The position numbers were made by a program, and so were the translations under genes. From contig OZ024741.1 of assembly GCA_964016885.1 (NCBI GenBank), positions 164,796,001 to 164,860,000 on the forward strand: a DNA stretch of 64,000 nt, written 5' to 3'. Positions 50,848-62,510 of the stretch are shown here, in pieces. This DNA is from Eledone cirrhosa. Taxonomy: Eukaryota. Each line of letters starts with the position of its first letter. Position 1 is the stretch's first letter. The notes below the pieces were generated by a model, which searched no databases, had not been told where the DNA came from, and was given only the letters and a program-made list of their open reading frames with translations.

Positions 50848-52075
50848 ACTGGGGTCGATTCAATCAACTTTCCCCTCTCCCCAAATTGCTGGCCTTGAGC
50901 CTATAGTAGAACTCCTTATTATTATTATTGTTGATGTATAGTTACATTCTGAGTTCAAACCCCACAAGGTTAGCTTTGCTTTTCATCTTTATAAAATAAA
51001 GTACCATTAATGCACTGTAGTTGATTTAATCAACTTTCCTCTCCCCCAAAATTGCTGGCCTTGTGTCTAAATCAGAAACCACGTCCCTTTACGATCTGAG
51101 TTCAAGTCCCGCCCAGGTTGACTTTGCCTTTCATCCTTACGGGGTCGATAAAATAAAGTACCAGTAAGGCACTGGGTAATTTGCTGGCCTTGTGCCTTAG
51201 CGAAATTGTTAGGGTGTTGGACAACATGCTTTGCATTCTGAGTTCAAATCTTGTGAAGGTTAACTTGACTTTCGTCCTGCCTTGCTTGATAAAATAGAGT
51301 ACCAGTCTGTGCTGGATTGGCAGTATTGGTAGAGGGTCGGACGCCAAGCATAGAGTTACAGTCCTTGCCATTCTGAGTTCAAATCCTACTGAGGTTAACT
51401 TTGCCTTTCATCCTTACGGGGTCAATTAAATAAAGCACCAGTAATACACTGGGATAATTGTTGGCCTTGTGCCAAAAGTAGAAACAATTATTATGTTTTT
51501 TTAAAAAATGTTTTATATTATGTGTTAATCTGTCTATTGTATAATGTCCTTGCCCCTACCCTCATTTTAATGTTATATTGTCCAGCCCCGCATGTGTTGA
51601 AATCCTTGTTTATAATGTTTACTTTACTTCTATGTGCAAACCCTTTTGTCTGATAAAAAGTTATTATTTGGGTATCTGACAACATCCTTTATCCCATATA
51701 GTTACGTCCCTTTACGTTCTGCGTTCAAATCCCACTGAGGTTAACTTTGCCTTTCATCCTTACAGGGTCGATAAAATAAAGTACCAGTAATGTACTGGGG
51801 TCAATTTAATTGACTTACCCCTCCCCCAAAATGGCTGGCCTTGTGCCTAAATCAGAAACCATTATTATTATTATTATTGGGTGGTGGATTGGCAGTATCA
51901 GTAGAGGGTCGGACGCCATGCTTTGCAGCATAGAGTTATAGCCCTTTACGGTCTGAGTTCAAATCCCGCCGAGGTTGACTTTGCCTTTCATCCTTACGGG
52001 GTCGATAAAATAAAGTACCAGTAATGTACTGGGTAATTGCTGGCCTTGTGCCAATAGTAGAAACAATTATTAATA
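50848..52075 (+). mobile_element. SINE group A cluster (~7 full or partial copies)
   Basis: Repeated consensus units. Confidence 0.88.
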
Positions 52076-52738
52076 CTATCATCATTATCAATATATATAA
52101 TTTGTTCTAGTTTTTATTTTCCTTTTTTTCTCTCTCCTCATGAAATTTTACTTTATTACATGATAACGCAATGATTGAAAAGTATATAACTATCTGTTTG
52201 GCAGATCAGAGAGAAATAAATTAAAGGTTCATAGAATGAAAACTAAATTCTTTAACTTTAGCAGTCAGCATACCTCAATGGTGTTGCTGTCATAGATTCT
52301 AATGCTTTAATGCTTTTGATACCAAACTACCTGACTTTGTTCAACCATACATAACTGTTTTAGAAATTTTATATTTAACTAAAAACTTTCTATCATAATT
52401 TTATCAAATCACCATCATTAAGCTACGTTCCAAACAGCAACTTAATAATAAGTTAGTTATACTACTAAATCTCTCCAAATTCTTGATCATTTTGAAAATT
52501 ATTTGAAAATCATATCCATTGTCTTTTATTAGAAATATGGTAATGAAAGGGTTAAGTCTTTAATTTCTAGTAATAATAATTCTATCATATCCTTTACACT
52601 TTCTTTTTTCAATCAGAATAATTTTCAGTTCTTCCTCTACTATCTCAGATAAATATAGTTATTTCTCTTGTACTATAACCACTACAGCTGCTGCCATCTC
52701 CAACATCATTGCTGCCACTACCACTATTACACTACTAC

Positions 52739-52782
<44 letters not shown>

Positions 52783-53334
52783 TAGCTTCTACAGCCACCT
52801 CCGCCTCCTCCTCCTTTTCCTTCACCTCCAATTCTTTTCCGAAATCACCACTATCGTCAACAGCTTTGATAATTGCAATTTACAATTTGGTAACATTACA
52901 GCAATAATTTTCTGCATTGCTTAGCAGTTTCCTATCGTTTCCCCACATCAGCTACTGCAGTGACTAAAGAAAGAGAGAACAAAAAGCAGAGAGGAGGCGG
53001 AAGGACACCTATATGTATGTGTGTGTGTGTGTATGTGGCTCCTGGGTTCAATTGGAGGTAACCATAGTAAGTAGGGTTCTCTACATTAGTAGAGGCTAAA
53101 CAACAAATTTAATATAGAAATGGCTTCTACAGAACTAGAACTGTTTCATTCGAAGGAAATCATCCGGAAAGCCTCTGAAAGCTTTACTGATAATCATCAG
53201 TAAAGCTTCGAATGAAACAGTTCTATTCCTGTAGAAGCCATTTCTATATTATATATATTAGGGAGAAATAGATAGATAAATAGATAGACAATAGCTGTGA
53301 TCATTTCACATCATACTAGTAACATTTCTACAGA

Positions 53335-55870
53335 TGACAGTTACTTTACTTCACTGAAAACATGTCCTTATCCCCATCCAGCTACATGAAATCACCCTAA
53401 ACACTATTTACTTCATCATCTAGCTACATATTAACCTAAACACCTCCAACATCATTACTATCTAGCTATATGTAACCACTCCAAACACTACCAAACATTA
53501 TCAGCTACATTAATGGCATGACCTTAAACATCTCCCATGCTACAATCTAGCTACATGACCACCCTAAACACCTCCCACGACATCATCAAGCTACATGACA
53601 CCAACCTAAACTGCTCTCTACCCCATCACCACTTAGTTACCAGCAACCACCCTAAACACTTTCTTCCTTATCATCAAGCTACATAACGCCCACCTTAAAC
53701 CCCCTCCACATCAAGCTACATGACCACCTTAAACACCACCTACATCATCATTTAGCTACATTACACTACCCTAAACACTTCTCACAGCAACATTAAGTTG
53801 CATGAAATCACCTTAAACACTTCCCACATCATCACCATTTAGTTACATAATGCCACATTAAACACCTCTCACATTATCACCATTTAGCTACATAACACCA
53901 CATTAAACACCTTCCACATCATCATCAGTTACCAACATGAAACCACCCTAAACACTTCCCACACAATCATCATCAAACTAAATGAAGCCACCCTAAACAC
54001 CTCTACCATAATCTAGCTATATAACACTAACATCAACATTATCACAATCTAGCTACATGAAGCCACCCTAAACACCTCCCACATCACAAAATAACTATAC
54101 AACACCACCTTAAACACCTCCCACATCATCACAATCTAAACATTTCAACATCAACATCATTTTACTATAGTCAATCTGTCTAAATAACATCATAGTTATA
54201 GTTATCTAGCTACAAACATCTCCTAAACACTTACTTCATCATCATCTAGTTACAGCCTACCTACCTAAACACTTACTTCATTGTCATCTAGCTACAGTCA
54301 ACATCCTAAACAATGCCTACATCATCAACATCCCTAAACGCTTCCCACAACATCAACATCTAGCTACAGTCAACATCCCTAAACACTTCCCACAACATCA
54401 ACATCTAGCTACAGTCAACATCCCTAAACACTTCCCACATCTTCAATATCTAGCTACAGTCAACATTCCTAAACACTTCCCACATCAACATCTAGCTACA
54501 GTCAACATCCCCAAACACTTCCCACAACATCAACATCTAGCTACAGTCATCATCCCTAAACACTTCCCACATCATCAACATCTAGCTACAGTCAACATCC
54601 CTAAACACTTCCCACATCATTAATATCTAACTACAGTAAACATCCCTAAACACTTCCCACATCATCAACGTCTAGCTACAGTCAACATCCCTAAACACTT
54701 CCCACAACATCAACATCTAGCTACAGTCAACATTCCTAAACACTTCCCACAACATCAATATCTAGCTACAGTCAACATCCCTAAAAACTTCCCACAACAT
54801 CAATATCTAGCTACAGTCAATAGCCCTAAACACTCCCCACAACATCAATATCTAGTTACAGTCAACATCCCTAAACACTTCCCACAACATCAACATCTAG
54901 CTACAGTCAACATCCCTAAACACTTCCCACAACATCAACATCTAGCTACAGTCAACAGTCTTAAACACTTCCCACATCATCAACATCTAGCTACAGTCAA
55001 CATCCCTAAACACTTCCCACAACATCAACATCTAGCTACAGTCAACATCCCTAAACACTTCCCACAACATCAACATCTAGCTACAGTCAACATTCCTAAA
55101 CACTTCCCACAACATTAACATCTAGCTACAGTCAACAGTCCTAAACACTTCCCACATCATCAACATCTAGCTACAGTCAACATCCCTAAACACTTCCCAC
55201 AACATCAACATCTAGCTACAGTCAACATCCCTAAACACTTCCCACAACATCAATATCTAGCTACAGTCAACATCCCTAAACACTTTCCACAACATCAATA
55301 TCTAGCTACAGTCAACATCCCTAAACACTTCCCACAACATCAACATCTAGTTACAGTCAACATCCCTAAACACTTCCCACAACATCAATATCTAGCTACA
55401 GTCAATAGCCCTAAACACTCCCCACAACATCAATATCTAGCTACAGTCAACATCCCTAAACACTTCCCACAACATCAATATCTAGCTACACTCAACATCC
55501 CTAAACACTTCCCACATCATCAACATCTAGCTACAGTCAACATTCCTAAACACTTCCCACAACATCAACATCTAGCTACAGTCAACAGTCCTAAACACTT
55601 CCCACATCATCAACATCTAGCTACAGTCAACATCCCTAAACACTTCACACAACATCAACATCTAGCTACAGTCAATAGCCCTAAACACTTCCCACAACAT
55701 CAATATCTAGTTACAGTCAACATCCCTAAACACTTCCCACAACATCAATATCTAGCTACAGTCAATAGCCCTAAACACTTCCCACATCAACATCTAGCTA
55801 CAAACACTTACTTCATCCCCATATAGCTACAGTCAATCTTCCTAAACACTTTCTGTGTTGTCCCCATCTA
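53335..55870. repeat. 45-bp satellite (ctacagtcaacatccctaaacacttcccacaacatcaacatctag); degenerate to ~54300, homogeneous ~54330-55800
   Basis: Direct; period 45. Confidence 0.95.
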
Positions 55871-56033
55871 GCAACAGATAAACACCCTAAACATAGATGG
55901 GGACAACACAGAAAGTGTTTAGGAAGATTGACTTCATACATATATACATATGCAGAAACATCAATATATACAGGGTGTCCCAAAAATGTATACACATTTT
56001 AACAGCATTTACATACATTTTTTGGGACACCTG

Positions 56034-56067
<34 letters not shown>

Positions 56068-56511
56068 CTTACATGAGTGTATTTTGTTTACAGATTGTGG
56101 CAATCGATGGTCTTATTTGCATACTTTCATACACATGCATACACACCACATATGTTCTTTTTTTCATTAATAAAGATAAACAAACCAATGCATATGAATA
56201 CACACACATGGCTGTGTGACAGTGATTGGTGGTGGTGTGATAATGGTGATGGTGCTGGTGTTAGTAGGATGCTGAGAAACTGAAAGAGAAAAATATGGGA
56301 GAGTGGGGGAGGGGAAGAGTGTGTAGGAGAGAGAGAGAGCAGCAAGTAAAGAAAAAGAAAGAAATTAGTGAGGGAAGAAAAGAGAGAATAAAGTAAGATG
56401 AGAGAAATGAGCGAGAGAATGATAGATATAGATAGAGAGATGGGTGTTGAAGTGGAGAGGTGGATGAGGTTGGTGAGGCGGAATGAATATTGGCATAGCT
56501 AAATATTAGGA

Positions 56512-56716
56512 ATAATAACGATTGCTACTATAAGCACAAGGCCTGCAATTTGAAGGGGAGGGGAAAATTGAGCCCAGTGCATTACTGGTGCTTTATTTTA
56601 TCAACTGTGTAAGGATGAAAGGCTAAGCTAACCTCAGCGGGATTTGAACTCAGAACGTAAGGGGCCGTAACTCTATGCCGCAAAGCATGGTGTCCGATGC
56701 TCTACCGATACTGCCA
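56512..56716 (-). mobile_element. SINE group A
   Basis: Reverse complement of the consensus. Confidence 0.88.
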
Positions 56717-56744
56717 TAATAATATTGATAATAATAATAATTAT

Positions 56745-57600
56745 AAATTGAAATTGAAAATAGATCCTTAAAAAACTATGCTAAAACACTGGTAAGAATA
56801 ACTCCTACATGGCCTTAAAAACATGAATAGGGAGACCGCGGATGAACAAGATTCACAAAACTGGTTAAGATGCACTGGACTAAAAAACCAAGACTGAAAG
56901 ATTTCTAATTACAGCACAAGATCAACATCTCACCAACAGAAACCACCAACATTACATAATGCATTAGAACAGCAAAAACTGGCGTATATTTGGTGATGGA
57001 GAAGAGACTATTAACCACATCATCTTAACCAGAAAAAGAATATATCTACAAACATGAAAGAGTTGAGAATTATATACACTGGAAGTTATTTCAACACTAC
57101 GTAATACCAACAGAAAAAAAAGATAGTACAGATACACACAAGAAAAAATAGCAGAGAATGACAAAAGAACCATACTCTAGGATATGCCAATACAAACAGA
57201 CAAGGAGATCAAAGCCAACCAACCAGATATTATAGTCAAAGACCACAAAGGAAAAATAAATGTCTTCCAATATATCAATCCCCACAGATGATAAAATATC
57301 TATCAAGGAAATAGTGAAATTATCCAAATTTAAAAATCTGGAGATGGAAATAACCAGAATGTGGATGATGGAAACAGAAAGATCCCAAGGTACTTTGAGA
57401 ATTATAAACCAAAGACCACCACCACCACCACCATCAGGAGTTTCAAATATATACAGCATGTAGAAAATAGTACTACTTGGCACTGCATGCATATTACGTA
57501 GAATACTCTTAATAGAATAGAAATAACAATACCAAAAACAATACTGCACATACCCAAGATGCAAAGAGCTGTGCTCAGTAATGCAGTGACAACACACAAT
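56745..57600 (+). mobile_element. R4/Dong-like RLE retrotransposon 3' fragment, frameshifted
   Basis: Hand translation WLRCTGLK..TERFLITAQDQ..ENDKRTIL*DMPIQTDKEIKANQPDIIVKDH..ISIPTDDKISIKEIVKLSKFKNLEMEITRMW..VLLGTACILRRIL. Confidence 0.85.
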
Positions 57601-57619
57601 AGAAAGACAAAAAAAAAAA

Positions 57620-58335
57620 AATAATCGTTTCTACTTTTGGCACAAGGCCAGCAATTTGGAGGGGGGGGGGAGAGGAAATCGACTCCAGTGTATTACTGGT
57701 GCTTTATTTTATCAACCACTTAAGGATGAAAAGAAAAGCTAACCACAGTGGGATTTGAACACAGACCATAAAGGGCTGTAATTTTATGCTGCAACGCATG
57801 GCGTCCAATAATAATAATAATAATTGTTTCTACTTTTGGCAGAAGGCCAGCAAGTACCCAGTGAATTACTGGTACTTTATTTTATCGACCCCGTAAGGAT
57901 GAAAGTCAAAGTTAACCTCGGCGGGATTTGGAGTAAAACCGTAAAGGGACGTAACTATGCTAGAAAGCATGGCGTCCGACCCTCTACCGATACTGCCAAT
58001 TCACCGCCCTATAATAATAATTGTTTCTACTTTTGGCACAAAGCCAGCAATTATTCAGTGCATTACTGGTACTTTATTTTATCGACCCCGTAAGGATTAA
58101 AGGGAAAGTTAACCTCGGCGGGATTTGAACTCAGAATGGCAAGGGCCGCAACTTTATGCATCATAGCATGGCGTCCGACCCTCTACCGACACTGCCAATC
58201 CACCTAATAATAATTGTTTCTACTTTAGGCACAAGGCCAGCAATTACCCAGTGCATTACTGGTACTTTATTTTATCGACCCCGTAAGGATGAAAGGCAAT
58301 CCACCTAATGAAAGGCAATCCACCTAATAATAATA
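57620..58335 (-). mobile_element. SINE group A tandem cluster (~4 copies)
   Basis: Repeated reverse-complement units. Confidence 0.92.
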
Positions 58336-58569
58336 ATAACATAAATGGCAAGAGATTGTATGAGAAAGAGAAAGGAAGATGGAGGATAAGGAGTGGTGGT
58401 GGTGGGCAAAATTGTTTAATAAAATAAATAAAATGATGTTAAAACAAGATTGTTAGTAAGCTTGTTAGAGTTCATTAAACACAAGTGATTATATAAATAC
58501 ACATACAGGTGTGATAGCATTGTTAATGATCTCTGAATTTACAACACACACCCAAAGGTATGAAGACAA

Positions 58570-58758
58570 TACACACATATATACACAAATGTGAATCTAC
58601 ATGTTTAAATACATATATACACACATATACACACACACACGCATATATATATATATACACAAATGTGAATCTACATGTTTAAATACATATATACACACAT
58701 ATACACACACATATATATATATACACAAATGTGAATCTACATGTTTAAATACATATAT

Positions 58759-58780
<22 letters not shown>
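58570..58780. repeat. Three tandem copies of cacaaatgtgaatctacatgtttaaatacatat plus microsatellite
   Basis: Direct. Confidence 0.85.
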
Positions 58781-58810
<30 letters not shown>

Positions 58811-58887
58811 CATATACACAGATTTTTATATATATATATATATAATATACACAGATGTTTATATCTATATATATATTATACACAGAT

Positions 58888-58930
<43 letters not shown>

Positions 58931-59626
58931 CATATATACATACACATATGTATACACACATACACATATGTATACACACACATACAAAACCATGTAGAAA
59001 CACAAATTATTCACTAACTCATTAAGAGTTTTTGTGAGTGGGGTAACGAGAGAGAAATAAATCAGGCGAAAAAATGTTAAAAATGAAGAAAAAATACTTT
59101 TTAGGAGAAAATTCCTTTTTAGAGTTGAGACTAGTGAAGTGTAGCACAGATAGGTTTATAATAGTCCCTGGGGAAAGCATACATCTACGCACACATACAT
59201 TAGTATACCTCTATATATACACATACATTAGTATACCTCTATATACAAACAAACTTTCATATAATGTACACATACATTAGTATACCTCTATATATATACA
59301 CAAACTTTCATATACATGTACATAAACATCCATAATATACATTCACACATATATGCATAATATACATTTACACATACATAAATATACTACTATACACACA
59401 CACTTTCATATACATGTATATATATATACATGCATAATATATATTTACACACACATATACATTAATATACTTCTATACATACACTTTCATATACATGTAT
59501 ATATACATCCATAAAATACACATATATGCATAATATACATTTACACACATATACATTAATATGCTTCTATACGCATACACTTTCATATACATGTATATAT
59601 ATATATATACACATAATATATATTTA

Positions 59627-60052
59627 CAGTAACAGAGAAGACCCGCCTTACCTAAATACATAGTAAAACGTACTACAGCCAGTAGGCATCTCTAACAAAA
59701 TACACCCCGTCCCACCACCACCACCCACACCCCATCCACACCACCCCGTTCAATGTAAAGTCATGTTGGTGCCGCGCCATCCAGGCCGAAACAAATGAGA
59801 TCGTGTAGGTGTCACGACAAAAAAACACACAGTCCACGCTGTAATGTGGCCGTGTAGGCAACACGGTAAAAACCTCCCAGACCCACACTGTAAATGTGGT
59901 TGGTGTTAGGAAGGGCATCCAACTGTAGAAAACCTGCCAGACAGTCCTATGCGAGCAAGACAATCACTCTTGCCTCAAGTGGGACTACCCCCGTCCAAAC
60001 CCATGCAAGCGTGGAACACGGACGTTAAACGTTGATGATGATGATGATGATG
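59627..60052 (+). mobile_element. RTE LINE 3' fragment
   Basis: Close match to 2015-2553. Confidence 0.93.
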
Positions 60053-60249
60053 ACACACATATACATTAATATACTTCTATACATACACTTTCATATACAT
60101 GTATATATACATCCATAATATACATTTACACACACATACATTAATATATTACTATATACATACACTTTCATATACATGTATATATACATTTACACACACA
60201 TCCATTAATATATTACTATATACATACACTTTCATATACATGTATATAT

Positions 60250-60373
60250 ATCATCATCATCATCATCATTTCATTTTACGTCCGCTTTTCCCTGCTTGCA
60301 AGGGTGGGACGGGAACTGATTCTGGCTTGATTTCTACAGCTGGATGCCCTTCCTAACACCAACCTCATTTACA
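60250..60373 (-). mobile_element. SINE group B tail fragment
   Basis: Reverse complement of 30673-30788. Confidence 0.88.
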
Positions 60374-61150
60374 ATAGATGCATAATATACATATATATAT
60401 ATAGATGCATAATTTACACATACATACATTAATATATTACTATATACATACACTTTCATATATATGTATATATATACATGTATAATATACATTTACACAT
60501 ACATACATTAATATACTACTATATACACTTTCATATACATGTATATATACATCCATAATATATATTTACACACATTAATATACTTCTAAACACATACACT
60601 TTCATATACATGTATATATACATGTACATATTTATACATAATATATATTTACACACACATACATTAATATATTACTATACACACTTTCATATACATGTAT
60701 ATATATATATACATGCATAATATACATTTACACATACATATATTAATATATATGTACACATACATTCACATACATATGCATACAGCTTCATTCATATACC
60801 TTTACAGATATATTTATATAAATATACATATGCAGGCACTCAAATACATGTACACACATACATTCCTAAACATGTACACACACATACATTAATATACATG
60901 TATATGTACACATACATACATTATTATACTAATTTTACACGCATACATTCATATGCACACATATACAGATACACATTCATATACACACACATATATACAT
61001 CATATAAATTCAAACACATACACAGACACCCATACAAATCTTCATTAATATATTCACATACATCCATCTATGGTAAATTTTCTTCAAACCTATGTTTTTC
61101 CTTTCCGCTTCATTTCTGCTCCTTTGAATTCTCTCAATTTAAAATACCAA

Positions 61151-61502
61151 ATCATCATCATCATCATTTCATTTTTACGTCCGCTTTTTCCTTGCTTGCA
61201 AGGGTGGGACGGGAACTGATTCTGGCTTGATTTCTACAGCTGGATGCCATTCCTAACACCAACCTCATTTACAGTGAGTGCTGGGTGTTTTTTTTTGTTT
61301 TGCCATGGCACCTCCACGACCACTTTGCAGTGGAATGATAGGGACCCAGTCCCTATCATCTCATTTCTACAGCTGAGTAAACTGGAGCAATGTGAAATAA
61401 AGTGTCTTGCTCAAGGAAACAACACATCACCCAGTCTGAGAATTGAACTCACAACCTTTCGATTGCAAGGCCAATGCTCTAACCACTAAGCCATGTGCCT
61501 CC
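61151..61502 (-). mobile_element. SINE group B, full length
   Basis: Reverse complement of 30451-30788. Confidence 0.93.
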
Positions 61503-62100
61503 ATATATCAACATCAATATCAATATACACACGTGTGTGTGTGTAAGTGTGTGTGTGTGTGTGTGAATGTGTGGGGGGTGGGGGTGTACAAATACATGCA
61601 AATATGTATGTACACATGAACACACCGCATAAACGAAAAATCATCATCATCATCATCATCAATGTTTTGTTTTGGCTTGGTGGTTTCTATTGTTGGATGC
61701 CCTTCCTAATACTTTGCAGCACATAGTGGGAACATTTTATGGCAACACCAGCACTACCCCTTTTACAGGATGGACTGGGTGCTTTTCGTTGTGGCACCAG
61801 CACTACCTTCTTACAGGATGGGCTGGGTGCTTTTTGTTGTGACACCAGCACTACCTTCTTACAGGGTGGGATGAGTGCTTTTGTAGTGGTACCAGTAGTA
61901 TAGCAGGATGAAAACTTCTTCACCAATGGGATCCAAGTACTGCAACACTGATGGAAGAAGTGTGGGGACTGCAAGGAGGACTCTTGAAAAATAGACCTCA
62001 TTTGATCACATTCTATGAGAGTATCTTGATCAGCCAATGAACTTTTCATCCAACCCTCATATACACATACATATATATATATATACATATACATACACAC

Positions 62101-62510
62101 CGATGGATGTGTAATAGTAATCTAAGCAAACGGCAAAGTATATACGAATTGAGAGAGAGACTAAGCATAAGAGGTATCAAATGTTGTGTGCAAGAGAGAA
62201 GATTGCGTTGGTGTGGACATGTGATGCGTATGAAGGACGACAGCTGTATAAAAACGTGCAGAACGATCAAAATTGATGGAAGCTACGGAGTGGGTAGACC
62301 AAGAAAAACCTGGGATGGGGTGATAAAAACTGACCTTGCTCACTTATACCTCTCTAAGACAATGTCACTGGATCGAGATCTTTGGCACTATGCAGTTATA
62401 CAGAAGACCCGCTCTCCCTTGTATACAAACTTAAACTTACAGTCAGTAGGCACCTCTTAACCCAATATACACCCCACACCACACCCCGTACTACATCCTT
62501 CCACTTCCGT
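62101..62510 (+). mobile_element. RTE LINE 3' fragment (ORF C-terminus + start of 3' UTR)
   Basis: ORF 62107..62460 [34 protein letters not shown], paralogous to 1725-2043. Confidence 0.93.

Larger units (their letters stand above)
59190..60900. repeat. Degenerate ~65-75-bp AC/AT-rich minisatellite (cactttcatatacatgta..) interrupted by RTE and SINE tails
   Basis: Recurring cactttcatatacatgtatatat..cataatatacatttacac. Confidence 0.75.
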
